Translations under genes and position numbers: made by a program | Shown: piece by piece, positions 38,298 to 52,527 of the stretch | How positions within the stretch are numbered: position 1 is the stretch's first letter | How the letters are laid out: each line of letters opens with the position of its first letter | The notes under the pieces: model-generated | Databases searched by the model: none | What the model was told of the DNA's origin: nothing | What the model saw: only the letters and a program-made list of their open reading frames with translations | Origin: Auanema rhodensis | Taxonomy: Eukaryota; Animalia; Nematoda | Direction: 5' to 3' | Assembly (NCBI GenBank): GCA_964057225.1 | Contig: OZ059897.1 | Span: 6,696,001 to 6,760,000 of the forward strand | DNA length: 64,000 bases

Positions 38298-40661
38298 TTA
38301 TAATCTTCCGCAACGTTCCGATTCCCCTTCGCTGAGCATGTAAGCCGGTAAATATCTGAAATATATGTCTGAGTATGAGTATAGAGCGTCACAGGTTACG
38401 TTTCTTTTCCAGTATAAGAAGTTGTCTTCAGACTTGGGTTAGGAAAAGTGCTATCGCGGCCACCTAAGGATGTATATCCTTTATCATACAATGAGCAATA
38501 TGGAATGCACAATCCTCTTAAAGCTGTCCATACATCGCTATAATTCCAGTAGAGTATGGGGCAAACGCGAAGAACTCGTGGCCAATCGCTATCAGTCCAT
38601 TGAGTCGGTGATCTAAATACATTGTATTACTACAACGTACTGTTACAAACAATGATACTTCATATATTTTCCTTTTGGATCTGATATCCTGCTGCCCATA
38701 AAAACCGCAGTGATTTTCGGTTTCTGCTCTTTCAGCCTTTCTAAACCGATTTTAAGAGGCCCTGGCACTTCATGGACAATTATGTTATAACTAAAATGCC
38801 TCATTTGAACTTCAACTTTTCATTATGAAGCTCATACCTTTTCGCAGCATCAATTATGAACTGAGTAGCTTCAGGGAACTGATCATCACACATAATATGA
38901 AAACCTTGGATTTGAGCATTAGGACCATATTTTCTAAAAATTTTCTAATGCATTTTTTTCAAAGAAGACATTAAACGAACTTGTCTACTGCAACTCTCAA
39001 GAGATGAAGAAGGACTGTACAATCTTTTCCACCATTGAAAGACAAAGCAATTTCATCCAATCTACAAATATTACAATAGATTCTAACTTGTACAGACAGT
39101 TTTTACGAATATTCATCTACAATCTTTTCAACAATGCTGTTTGCGTCCGCCAGTTTGGCAATGAAGCTTTCACTTTGTCGAGAGCTAAATTCTTTCATTT
39201 TCCGAACAGTATCTAACCATGGTAATTCGTCATAGAAGACTTGGCTACCTGGAAACAAAAAAAAACACTAAAATTTCGAAAGGTAATCGCACTGTTTAAA
39301 ATGTGCTTAATTTCTTCGGTAGCTTCCTTTCCAACAGACATTTCGTCACACTCGATGATAAGTTTGGTTTTAAAATAGCTGCAAATGACAAAAATGAAAT
39401 TTCATTTGATCATGTATCATTGCCTATTCCCGATCACAGGATAAGAACCTATTTCAACAACTTTATCGTATTTTTCAGCAACAGCGTCCAAAGCTGATGA
39501 AAATCTGAATAAGAACAATCTCAGTATACAAAAAAAACTGCAAACAAACTTGAACTCATCCAATGAGGTATAAACTTCTTCGCAAAATCGAGGAGGATAA
39601 AGCTCAGGTGGGAATAGTTGACTCTTTAAAAAATGACTTAGTTTAACTAAAGCAAAAGGAAAACATTTAGAAGACAACAAAATTTGAAAATGGATTGGAA
39701 ATTAACTTGAAATTGTGCTCATAAGTTTGAACTATTTAGGACTGGATTTACCAACCTTCAAGGAATCAAAAGCTCTTTCAAAGAAGGCCGGAACACCTGG
39801 GAAAGCTATCACATTTTGTAAACGCACAACAGGAAAAGGAGAACGTTCACCAGTCTTTGGATTTATACCCCAGAGCAAATGTGACGTTGAAGGTATCTGA
39901 ATCATCCAATTTCGAAATGATAATGATAATTAATGATACATTACTAAGCTTTAAAGCAAATCCCTGGGAAGAAGAAGAACAATCATGAGTATAGTTATTG
40001 ATCGCTTCTAATATTTCCTTTGAAGTTTCCAATTCCAAATTAAAAGCTTTAGCGAGGCCTGCAATAGGAAACAAGATATATATTGATTTTTAAACATAGT
40101 CGTTCGATGAATCCTTTACCAAAGTACTACTCTTTACAAAATCATTTTAATTTTATGATAACACAACCGATCGACCTACATATCTAATCAAAATGAAACA
40201 GAAAATGTCATGTATTTGATTTGTTGTTGTTATTTATAAAAGTTTCATGTGATATATTATAAGTTTTGAATGTAAAGATTTTTTCTTCTGTTTTCAAGAA
40301 TTCTACGAACCTGAGTAAGTCTTATCATCATGTGTTGGCCCAACGCCTCCTGTACTAAAGACAATGTCGTACTTTTTGCTTAATTTCGCAACTTCTTCAC
40401 TTATATCATCCAAATCATCACCTATTATAGAAACCTACATGTTTAAGGTTTAACAAAACATATTATAAGCCTATTATTACTCTTTTCAATTGTACGCCGA
40501 TTTTATGGAGACGATCAGCGATGAACCCTGAGTTTGTGTCCTTGGTGGAACCTTTTAATATTTCATCACCAATTACTTCAAATAGATAATCATGATGAGC
40601 ACACAAGATAAAAATCACCTATAAGCGCAGCTGTCGTACGATTACGCATCAATTTGTGCAT
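38298..40661 (-). CDS. flad-1: FAD synthase (molybdopterin-binding-like + PAPS-reductase-like domains); multi-exon; 5' end uncertain
   Basis: [102 protein letters not shown]. Confidence 0.94.
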
Positions 40662-41130
40662 TAAACCAGATTTGAACTGGTATTTCCATATACCTTGCTA
40701 AAAAAGGAAACACTTGGAAAATAATTTATTTTAACAACAAGAATTGAACAGGACAGAATGGAACACAACGGTAACAATGTAAACTTTTAAGCGGTTGATA
40801 AAGGTAAACAACAATTCGGGCTTAAACCCTTAGTAAATGTAAAAGAAAAAAATTCAGGAAAAATCATTAACTAGTTGATCTTAGGGTCGTTTAAGCATAA
40901 TGACAGATCGTAATTATATTAGCATCGTAGGGGGAAATCTATTCCTCGTATATATTTCAATGTACACTGAATTAATTACATAAATTTTATGTCTACTTAG
41001 CAATCTACATAAAGCTATATATATGTATGGAATGAGTTATTATAACTAATAGGATTATATAAAATACATTGTAATAGTTTTGATATAAACTGATGATATA
41101 GGAATAGAAGAAATAAAAACGAACGAATTC

Positions 41131-43303
41131 TCATTCTCTACCTCGCTCATCATTTTTTCGATTTAAGCGAAGTTGACGGCGATTCAAATATGCGTTCGGA
41201 TCATGTTGTGCCGGTTCTTCTAAGTTGTAGACGTTGACCAATGGTCGAGTTTTTGGCATAGCTTGAACACAACTCAAAATACAATCAAAGCCAGATACAG
41301 ACACAAATTTTTCGTTGTATCCTCTACCATTTCGCATTGACAGAGCAGATATGTCTAGAATATTACCCGTGAAAGCATCTATCGTATAAAGTACGGGTTT
41401 CCAATGCTTGGTTCCTGAATTAAAATTAATTTCTTCATAAGAAAAGATAAGCAATTACTTAAATCGGTAGTTAAAAAGTACTCGACAGTTGCTATAATCA
41501 AGTCGTTATCAATTAATTCTAAAGTCGATACTTCCTTAAAAAAAATTAGATCTTTAATCGAAAATTAAAACTCTTACACAGTTTGGAAATTCAGCTTCAA
41601 GTAGTGGAGATATGAAGTACTTTTCAGCATCAGGATTTTTGAATGGATCCAACTTAACACTCCAGGTTGGAGTAAAACCGGAAGTCTGCCCTGGCAAGGG
41701 TGGAGGTCTTAAAATAAATGTAATATGAATTTCATCTAAGTAATGTATTATACCCGGATAAATCGTAACAGTTAATAGCATTTCTATAAGAAGTAAATAC
41801 TCTTAAAGAGTTATCAGTAGCAATAGAAAGTAGTTCATATTGAAGAAGAGCATCCGGAGGAGATATCAAAGGTCGGTGAGGTACAGTTTTATATTTCTTT
41901 AAATCCTTTTTTAATATTGAAAATAAATGAGCAATACTTACATAATGAAATTTATTAGGTATACTAATATCTCTGAAGCATAAAGAATTTGAAGGAACTT
42001 TGGAAAGGAACATTAATAATTGATCATTTAGAAAAATAGCATCGCTTTTAAGCATTTTATGAACTGAAACAATAAATAAAACAAATTCTATAAGCTTCAA
42101 CTTACACTTAAATATATGTACCGGTTTATATGATCTCGTCCATTTTAAATTTTCTGCGATTAGCGTCTCACCTTTGCTTAGAAAATTCTCATCAACTACA
42201 GGCGAACACTAAACATATAATGACAAATAAATAATAACAATTACCAATCTGCGAAAAACTTACGTTTGCGTATACTCTATCAAAGTTATATAATTCTGCT
42301 GTAGAGCCTCTGTGAAATATTAAACAGTTTCTGGTTAATTGAAGGTGATGCACATTATCAAAATGCTAAAAAGGGTAAACATTGCTCGAAATAACGATAG
42401 AAATCTTACTCTATCTTCTATTGTAAAACAACATTTCAACTTAATAGGATAATAACTGAATAGAGCTATTGATCCTTTCTTCGAAGCTGTCTTATAGCCA
42501 ACAGCGTAGAAGTCTATTCCATAGTTATTCCATTCTAATTTTCTTGAAAAAAAGAAGATTTTTCGTTAATTATTAAAGAAATAATTTACGAGTTAGTATA
42601 TGAAAAATTTTTAGGTAGACGATATTGTTTTACAATTTCCATAGTTTTATAATTATAGCACAAGACACGTCCTAGACTTGTCAGTACAATTAGAGAAAGA
42701 ATGGGCTCCGTCGGATTTTCTTCCTGAACCATAAAAATTATTAGCTGGAGCTGCTTTTGCCTTTACCGCAACGCGTATTGGATCAGTTAAATTTAATCGA
42801 CAAAGTATTTTTTCATCATCAGGAATACCCTTCAATTCACATAGCTTCACGGGAAGACCGAATTTATACATTTCCTTTTCATTGATGTCAATAATATCTT
42901 TTCTAAAAAGTTGAGACATAACAAATATTGTCTATCGTAACATACGGTTGATGATCTAGGAAAGATCTGACAGGAATCCCTTCGTTGAGCTTGAACTTTC
43001 TCAATTTCTTAAAATACAATACTGATCTATATGATATCCTAAGTAAATACACACTGAATTATAAAGTTGATTTCTAGTGTTGCGCATAAACTTAGAAGCG
43101 GGCATCATGCCTGTTTCTCTTCTCATAACAGTATTAAGTAACACTCCATATTTATTATTATTTCCAACTTTATGATAAGTAGACAAATCTGTGGCGAACT
43201 GAAAAATCACTTTTAATTTATCTTGAAAAAAAGCACAAACTTTATCAGTTCCTTTATATCCTAGTGTATACGTTTCACTGAAACAAGCAGGCTGCCCAGA
43301 CAT
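41131..43303 (-). CDS. Uncharacterised multi-exon protein (middle gene of a putative operon)
   Basis: A chain of minus-strand open frames (43001-43303, 42653-42919, 41732-42100, 41554-41781, 41131-41454) separated by short intron-like segments; the ATG is preceded by an AG acceptor; no family recognised. Confidence 0.7.
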
Positions 43304-43476
43304 CTATGTACAAAATAATATTTTTATATAGCCCTCCATAACTTTATGTACGACATTGTTGTTGGTAGTAACCAATATGAGACATAACAAAAATAATAAT
43401 TAAAACTACAGATTTTTTATGTCAACCGGGCAAACATCAAATAAAGTTTCATTTAAAGTAAAACCATGTATTATAG

Positions 43477-46400
43477 CTATACAGCATATGTCATTTCAAC
43501 AATATCCCGTGAAATATGTTTTCCAGTTTCAGCAACCACAGCATCCTTTATCTTATTTATAATGATGATAATGTTCCTGGATTTAGCCAACTGAAAACCT
43601 TCACTTGTTCAAACAGACGTTATTTAAATAGCAACATACGCTAATGACTTCAGAATCACCCCACATCAATGTGGCTATAGTTTGTAGAATACGAATGAGA
43701 GCCTGCTCAGAATAGCCACCAAAGGAATCAAACGTTTCCAGAACCTATACCATATATAGTTCAGAGTTCAAAATTTAAAGAAGAAAACGTACTTTAATGA
43801 TATGACGTAAGGTGTCCTCCCTGGGACCTAACTCAGATATAGTCTGAGATTGTTTCAGCATAAGATAAGACCAATTAGCTAAGGCTGAAGAGGCGGCAAT
43901 CTATAAATGGGCGTATCAGTAACAAAACTTTTGTATTGCAAACTTGTAGTGGTTCTCGCTTGGAAAGTAATTGAGAGGCAACAATCGGAATAAGAGTTCC
44001 CATATCACGTTGAAGTAAAGCTTCCCCATGAGCATGAGAGAAGGCGTTTGCTAAGGCACGGCAAATAAATATTTTAACGGCGTCAGAAGGATCACTAATC
44101 AGTATTGAAGTGAGTCTTTCAAGAATAGTAACACCTCGACCCTAAAATGAATTATAAAAAGTCTACAAAAAAAGGAGATCATACTTTTAAGTCACAAAAC
44201 TGAGCATTAAGATTATCATGAAGTAGAGCTACACGGAATAAATCACAGACAGGAGCAATATCATCAATAGACCACAACAAAGCTATAAAAATATATATAA
44301 AGGAAACTAATCAAAATATCACCTGTATCAAGAGCAGAAGTTAATGTCATAGTTAATTCCAAACCTCCTGGCTGAGCACCCATGAGTTGCTCTAATTCTT
44401 TCATCTATAAAACAAAGCATGCAAAAAATGAAAAACTTTTTAAAAGAAATTATAGCTACATAGAAACCAAAAGTGAAGGAAAATGGAAAATAATAGAAAA
44501 ACAAGTGAAAAATTATTTAAATCACCATTTCGAAAAACTACATTTAACATACCTGGTCGTCATTCAATTTGTATTGATCTTGCTTGTCATTCGTTTCTCT
44601 CAGCTTAACTATAGCTTTTTGGCTCAACTGCTCAACACCGAAGAAGAAGTAGGAAGGAATAGGCACATATTCTCCCATGGGTTTTTTCTTATCACGCAGC
44701 ATGCTTGCAATAGGCAGAACAGCTCCAGTTGACGATCCCGGAACATACCTAAATTCATATTTTGAAATGTATAATTAGTTAACAAACACAAACCTTCCTC
44801 CGCTAGTGTATGGATCACCAGAAGCGGGGGCTTGTCCCCCAGTAGAGCCAGGAATATAACGTCCGCCGCCAGTGAACGGGTCATAAAAGTCGGAAGAACC
44901 TTCCTGACCACTTCCTTGAGGGCAATACCTACCACCACCTAACAAAATTGAAATTTTCGAGAAAAAAAGAAAGAAAGAGACAAACCAGTGAAAGGATCAG
45001 TGTAATTACCAGCACTGGTCGTGTTGCTAGATGAATTTCCACCATTATTGCGAATAAGTGTTGATATCTACATTAAGTATATAAGCATTTGTTGAAAGAC
45101 AAGAGAGAAGAGAACCTTAGCCATAAATTTAATAGGAAGATTATATTTTTCACAGAATTGTTGAGCAACATAATCAGGATCATCTCCAGCGTTGTAAGCT
45201 AATTTAGTAGTTACCCCAGACTCTAGTGTGATTTCCATGGCGTAATCATACATCTATAAAATAGAAAAATTTTAATTTCTCTGACATATTCACTTACTTT
45301 TCCATCAACTTCTACACGCTGAGTTTCTTGAGGTTTCATTTTTTTAGCCTGGTATTCACGGGCTTCTGGTACATTAGCAACAATATAATCCGTAATTTCA
45401 TTCAAATAAGAAATTGGCAAACTATATTGCTAAAAAAACAGAAATATTAAAAAATATGATGTAAGAAGAATTGCCTGAATAAATTGTTCAGCTGCTAACA
45501 CGGGATCAGTATTCTTCTTATATTTCAATTCCATGTTTGGTGCCCCATCATCCAAAGCAACTTTGATTGTAATTTCATCCCTAGCTGCTCGTTCATCTCT
45601 CTCCCTTTCCGAAGCAACTCGTACGGCCAACTAAACAAATAAATAACATAATAAAGTTAGTATGTTTAGACTTACCTCACTGTCCACAAGTTCTAGCACT
45701 TCAGGCTTAGCCAGGCGAGATTGCGAATTAGTATATACATAAATACGACCATCACTAAAAACAAATATAAGGAAAGGAAGTAGAACTGAGAAATTACCTT
45801 CCAGAAACAGCAAAGTCATCATTGCTCAGTCCAATTACAGACCATGCTGTAACAGCAGGTATTCTTATTAATTGTTTGTTAGAGATACTAAATAAAATCA
45901 AAAAATTGAAAAAAACTTATAGCCAATTACTTTAAAAGATTATCTTTTTCTTCCTTTTGCCAAACTTCAATGTTACCCCCTTCTCCACAAGATACAATAA
46001 ATGAGCCAGCCATAGTCATACTAGATACAATATGATAATGAAGCATTAGATAACAAACTATACCTAAAAATAAATTCATCTACAAGAGATGAAAACGATC
46101 CGACACATGTCACTGTATCAAAATCCCATAAGCGAATAGTTGAATCATTAGCTGCCGATAAAAAGTATCTTTTATCAATAACTAATAAGGCTCTAACCAC
46201 ATCAGTATGGCCTAAACAATATATATACTACTGATTACAAAGGGTTGCTATGCCAACCAGTAAAAGTATTTACGACTTCATCATTATGCCATAGCTTCAC
46301 AGATTTATCAGCGCTTCCACTCAGATAAAAGCCAGGGGTTTCAGGCAATGTGGCCAAAGCCCAAATACTGAACGTGTGGCCTTTAAGATGATAAATCTAA

Positions 46401-46967
46401 AATACAATAGATATACAAAAAAAGGCTACATGTACATACAGAAGCTTCCGATTCTGGCATCTGTGCAATGGACCAAACAATTACATTGTTATCCCAAGAT
46501 CCACTTAGAAGAACGTGGTTTTTCTCGTCAACATAAAGACATGACACTAGAATTTCAGAAGGTTACGGCCCCTCTCGAAAAAAAACAACCATTTCCACTA
46601 TGCTCAACCAATGTAAGGATAGGTTCTTGACTTCCAGAAGTATATACAGCAATAGCCCCATCTCTACGACCAACAAAAAGTTTCCAATTACCATCACCTT
46701 CATAATAAGCTACAGAATTTACAATACTTGGTTGAGAGTAACAAATAGCCTCAGTGTATTCTCCTGCTCTATATAGTAATAAAATTATACGAATTTGGGC
46801 AAGACAACGAACTTTTTACTCCAAAATCTTACACAGTTATCTCTCCCACCAGAAATAATTACATTCGAGGAAGTGGCTCCTAAGCATTTAACATCAGATT
46901 TATGAGCAGCTATTAGCTTGCTCAATTGGAATGGAGGAGGTGTTGATGTATCCATTTCATCTTCCAT
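43477..46967 (-). CDS. ufd-3: Phospholipase A2-activating protein / Doa1 / UFD-3 (WD40-PFU-PUL); multi-exon
   Basis: FQLSKLIAAHKSDVKCL; WD repeats (LSGSWDN, GHTFSIWAL, GHTDVVRAL, FLSAANDSTIRLWD); PFU segments; DPFTGGG repeats; PUL region (PVCDLFRVALL, RILQTIATLM). Confidence 0.94.
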
Positions 46968-47909
46968 CTTTAGAATAAATCTGTAGAACAATTACTTTTG
47001 TTCAAATTTATATTAGATCAATTAGTAATTAAGATAACATATATTACTACATCAGAGAAATATTTAGAACACTAATATCATAAACGAAATCGTTCTCTCC
47101 GATTTTGAAAGATTTCTCATTAAAAGTCGCAATAGTTCGTAACTTTACCGTTTCGAAAAAATCAGAGGACAAGTTCAGCGAATAACTGTATTTTTAATTA
47201 TTTTTATCAGTTTTTTTGCAAGCTATTCTTAATTTTAAGTTTGAAGAAGCTTTTTGAGAATTATATTCTTGGAATTATTTATCTTTTATACTTTTTTTAA
47301 AATTAAAGGTGATGTCTATATATTAAGACCGCATGTATGAATTATGTTAATCTTTTAGAGATTTATGGTTTCAAACCAGCATGCTTTAAAAGTATACCTA
47401 ATTTGTCACAGAAAATATAAATTTCATAATAAAATTAATAACGGTTTTGTAGCATAAACAACTAAAAGAAACTAGTTGCAACTTGCCATTCTCATTACGT
47501 TATCTTATAGAGATGCCGAATATGAAATATTTTATTCCATGAGCTAGATTTGTTCATTTAACTTGATGCCTGCTTAATGATTCCCAGATTATACCACATT
47601 ATTCTGAGTACTAGAATACCTCTTTTATACTTTTTTCAACAGTATCCGTTCTCTGTCTAACAAATAAATTTTTACAAACATGTTAAATCATTTTACCAAC
47701 ATATCCCAGCTTGACTAATTTGCATATACCCATGTGTTTCAAAATACTTTAGTATTTCCTTTAAGCTGTACTTAAGTTTTAAAGACACTCAGTTATGGTT
47801 CATCATTGTTCTTCAGGTTCCATACTCTCAATTTATTTGATATTTGCTGGATACTTCATTCATCATAATACTAAATGTAAATGTAGTACGTTGATGAAAT
47901 GGAAAAGAT

Positions 47910-48925
47910 TCAACGAAAGAATCGGTCCTGGTTACAAATTACTTGACAAATCATCTCATGTTTCGCATATTGCATGGCTTTAACATCATCAACTGTCCAT
48001 CCACCAAATGGTTTAAAATGATCCAAGTTTTGGGGACTTGCTCCTTTAGTAGGAGCATCAGCCCACCTGTTGAAATTAAAAACTTAGAATATCTCCAAGA
48101 TAAAATACCATAAAGTAAGAGTCGCGTCATAGACAGACAAAGTTTTGTGATTAGCATTGTTTGTGATGGCATGCCAATCGTTGGCATTGGTGTAGATACC
48201 CAGATCATAACCCTAATTGGACATATGGTAATACAAGTTCAAGATTGAAATACTACCGTAGATCTAGCGGCTGTAATCACATCTTTTATGAAGTTGGTAT
48301 TATTAATGGGGTGTGCATTCCAATCATGGGGAGATGCAACCTGTGAATTATGGAATATTACATGTTTTGTGTTTAGCAAATTAATTACCAAAAGCCAGAA
48401 AAATGGCGCGTATTTCAAGCCACATTTTGGATCAATTAAACCATTTCGCATTTCATTAAAGTGTTGATATCCATTTTTCGGTCCTTTTGGGGCAGGTACC
48501 ATGTAGATCGATGGTGGAATACCTAGAAAATGTAAAATCCTACTAGATTTTTCATTTTCATTTGTCAGACATTGCAATTCGGTTGTGTCTCAATTTCGAA
48601 AATATGTAAACCGTACCGTGTATTAAATGATATGTGTTACAAACATTATAGTCGAACATTCCACCGTTAACTGAAGAATAAGCTCTTAACGTATATGGCA
48701 CGAATACAAAAGTTTCAGGTTTTAGAATACCTGATGAAGATAGTGTACAAATCAGGCTCCTTCAAAAGGCAATCCATCTGGCTTTGAGTAACTGGCTGCT
48801 TTATATCAAATGCTCGATATGCTGTGTTCTTAAATATGAAAAAAAAAACTAATAAGAGATCCAAACAGTCTCAATACCGCTGCGGCAACTCCGACCAGAA
48901 GGAATATTAACATATAAATCCTCAT
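47910..48925 (-). CDS. Protist-type (GH25-like) lysozyme, nematode lys family; multi-exon; secreted
   Basis: Signal peptide MRIYMLIFLLVGVAAA; AFDIKQPVTQSQMDCL; IYMVPAPKGPKNGYQHFNEM; WLLVASPHDW...NTNFI; GIYTNANDWHAIT; LWWAD; FKPFGGWT...MQYA. Confidence 0.85.
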
Positions 48926-49671
48926 CTTTTGGGAAAATTTTCTTGTGGAACTGAGAATGATTGCTAGAATGATGTTTCAGGAAGATATTATAAAAAATCA
49001 ATAAGCACACTTCTTTCACTCATGTAATTTTTGGGTCAAAAATCAAATTCCTTTTGGTATCTAAAAGATAAGTTATCACACATTTGTTATAGCTAAGGTA
49101 CCACGTCTACCTTCTGTTAGATTAATGCATCTGAATATCTTAAATTTAACAAACGAAACCGAGATAACAGGAAGTTGTCAGTTCAACATTATCAACGGAT
49201 TCTTATCTGTAAATAAGAACAAGCTTAAAATAATTATGTAAAACTTAATAAATAAATAAGCTTCTCCTAAGCTTTGCTTTACGAGGAAGCGAGTCTTTTT
49301 GCTCGATATATTACATATGCCTTGTAAATCAGTTGTATAACGAAATATCGTCAGTTAAGAAATATAAATTTGCATGAAGTTTTGTCATTGTTCTTTATTT
49401 ATTCATGTATTATACACAAGGGGATTAATTATGTATGTAGTAAGACACCATACTAAGGTAATGAGGATATATATGCAACACGAATGTTATGATATTTAAA
49501 AAGAAATAAGAGTTAAATAAGAACTAAAAATAAGATAAGAAAACGAGAAATTAAATTGAAAGATACGTAATAATAAGTTAAAACTATTGTTGATGATCTA
49601 AAACGAAATTATGCTTATTCTAAATATATACAGTAAAAATAGATAACCATAATATGGAACATGCTTTTCGG

Positions 49672-52527
49672 TTAATACCGTTCAGGATTCAGATGAACAG
49701 TTTCAGAAAGTGAGTGATTTTCACGAGAGTGATGAACCCGATTCGATCCTTCCATGGGTGCCATCGCGATCATTTCCTAAACAGTATAAGAATCACAACA
49801 ATAGAGAAAATAAGACTAACTCTGAACTCCTCATTAGAAAACTTGTTATCTGGATTCTCTCTGGAAAGTTCAGCATCTTCGGCACAGCAAAGGAAAAGGG
49901 AATCAATAGTCATTTCATAAACAGAGAAGAAACAGTTAGCGATCAAATAAGAGCATAAGAATATTAAAAGTATTGGGAACCAAGGATGAGAAAGAGTTGA
50001 CATATCCTGAAGTTGTAACATTAGATAATATTATTCCCTTATTGCTTACCATAGTAAATATTGCTAATGCTGAAGTTGAAGCTGCTACCATACATTTCGC
50101 TAAGAAAAGTACTGCTCCTCCAACAGAATTGATAGTGGCTACATCAATAGCATTGTCTAAGAGTATGTTAACAGCCTAGGAATAGTGGTTTTTAAACGGT
50201 ATTTGATTCATATACATACAACTTTCGCGGCAGGAAAAAAGCTCATTCCACTATATGCTATAACTGTGAAAGCATTATAGTTGATATAATCCAGACATCT
50301 TTCTATACAGCTTAAGATACAGATACAACAAGCTAGAAGACGACGTAAGATTGTGTTCTCCACTCCACGCATTCTTTAAACATTAAGATTTCAAAATAAG
50401 AATGTAAGAACAAACTTGGCGTAAATCCACATCAGGATATATCTTGGAACCCGGACAAGAGTTATAATGAAAGATCCAACTGCAGCGGATCCTAAATGAT
50501 AACGGAAGACATTCCACAACGAAGAGCATACAACAGTTCTATTTTCACCAGGCTGATTACGCTTGCTCAAATTTAAAATATAACTGAACATAGACAACAC
50601 AAGTACCAAACCTGTTGAAATACCACATGCTTACAGCACCAGCAATAAATAAACGTTGGCAAGCAAGAACAAATTCACACATCCAAACAAATCCTATAGC
50701 TTGATACAGAATCATCAATCTAATATCCATATATACTAAGTTATATTAAGAATAATTGCACCTAGTAGTTTCCGTCATATTATTCTCAATAATGGTAATG
50801 TTTCCACCGTGGCCATCATCAACTACTCGGCTAACAAGAGATCCTAGTATAGAACTGAAGTATAAAAAGCAAATGGAATAAACGTTTACCAGATGTCATA
50901 AGAACAAGAATCACAGTAAGTGAATATAAGGCGATTGTTAAAACTAGTAAAGCTGAAATAATAGGTTGGAAGAGCAAGCATGGCATTGACCACAAAGCCT
51001 AAATGAAATTAAAAGCGTTTATCACGGACTATAAGTTAGAACCTTGGAAGCTTTTTTGAACAAAACCACCATCTTCTGGCCTCTGGGCAATAGACACCAA
51101 ATTGTTACAACAATCAATGACTACAACATAGATGTAAAATAAGACTCATTAAAGTTTTAATTTAACTGTAATCACAGTACTTCCTATAGACAACCCAAGA
51201 ACTGTTCGTCTACTTTCATAGTCGAAAAGGAATAAATCTTTAAAATCAGTAGCATTTCCTCGAAATAAGACACCTAATTGTATCTGAAAATACCGAGAAT
51301 AAGCATATTATCGAACATTAATAAGGTTACCTCAGGAGTATACGTAGAAGCTAAGGATGTTTCATTTAACGGTATTGCTGTGTAAGTTAAGTAAGTTGAA
51401 TACCATAAAGCACTTGATATTCCTAATTATATCAATTAATACGGACAGCTTTCAGCAATAACTTACCTGTGAAAATGAAGAGAACTGATATATAAACAAA
51501 GTAGATAACAATACTTGCAACACCTCGAAGAATATACACCATAACGAAAGAAAATACTAGAAAATGATGAATAATAAATTGAAATTATATGAAAACGAAC
51601 TGAAAGCTACTCCACACATTTTAAAAACTAGATGAGCCGAAGATACCGTATCAGACAGATAGCTTCTAACAAAATCCAATTCGATGACCTAAATTTAAAT
51701 ACAGCTCAAAGTTGTAAAAAACAGAAATACCTTGTTAATTAATTCTTCTCCTATTGTTAATATATCTTCAGGAATGCATCTATTCATGATATCCACACTA
51801 TACAGACGGTAAATGTTACAATCAATTTAGAAAGTTCAAACCTTTTTGTTATAGGTAGCTTAGGACATACATCCACTTCGCTTTCATCAATTTCCCCATC
51901 GCTTGTAACCGTAGGGACACACAAAGGGTTATCATTATTTGATTGAAGTGCTAAAATATTTCAGTAGAATTCATAATTTAAAACAACTACTTTTTTTACT
52001 AGTAATAAGAGTTTTGGGACATTCTTTGACACACAACCAAATGGTATCCAAAGGTCTGGTAATATTCAAAGGAAACATAAATCTAAAATTTACAAATTAA
52101 ATTTGCACAGGGTAAAAGGAAACAAACTTTCTATCTTTCATGTTCCTCCCAGACAATACAAATTTATAAGGAGACGATGTTTCTTCATTATCTACATAAA
52201 CAGGAGTATTCAATCGCCCACAAGTATTTCCAAAGCTGTCAGACCCATAAATAATCCTATAGGGATCTCCATATTCAAAAGCATACCAAGTAGTTGTACC
52301 CTCAAAGATTTAGCAGTATACTATTAAATAAAAAAAAAGAACGTACTAAACCACAGCAAAAAAGGAAAAAGAAAAACAAGAAGTAGCTATCTGTACATGA
52401 TCTGTAACCTTTCTAAAAAATAAGAAAAAAGCCTCTTGAACTATTACAAAATAAAATATACGTTTAAAACAATATCTTGATATGTTGTATCTCCTGTTGA
52501 ACAACAGCAACGAAACAAGCAGCACAT
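49672..52527 (-). CDS. chtl-1: Choline transporter-like protein (SLC44/CTL family); multi-exon
   Basis: MCCLFRCCC N-terminus; RSCTD; GLTALEILVG region preceding the ectodomain; EFVLACQRLFIAGAVSMWYF; RYHLGSAAVGSFIITLV; YINYNAFTVIA; SVYEMTIDSLFLCCAED. Confidence 0.92.

Noticed and set aside
47520-47880. Possible extra minus-strand exons downstream of the lysozyme stop
   Set aside because: I could not build a consistent open spliced frame or recognise any motif.
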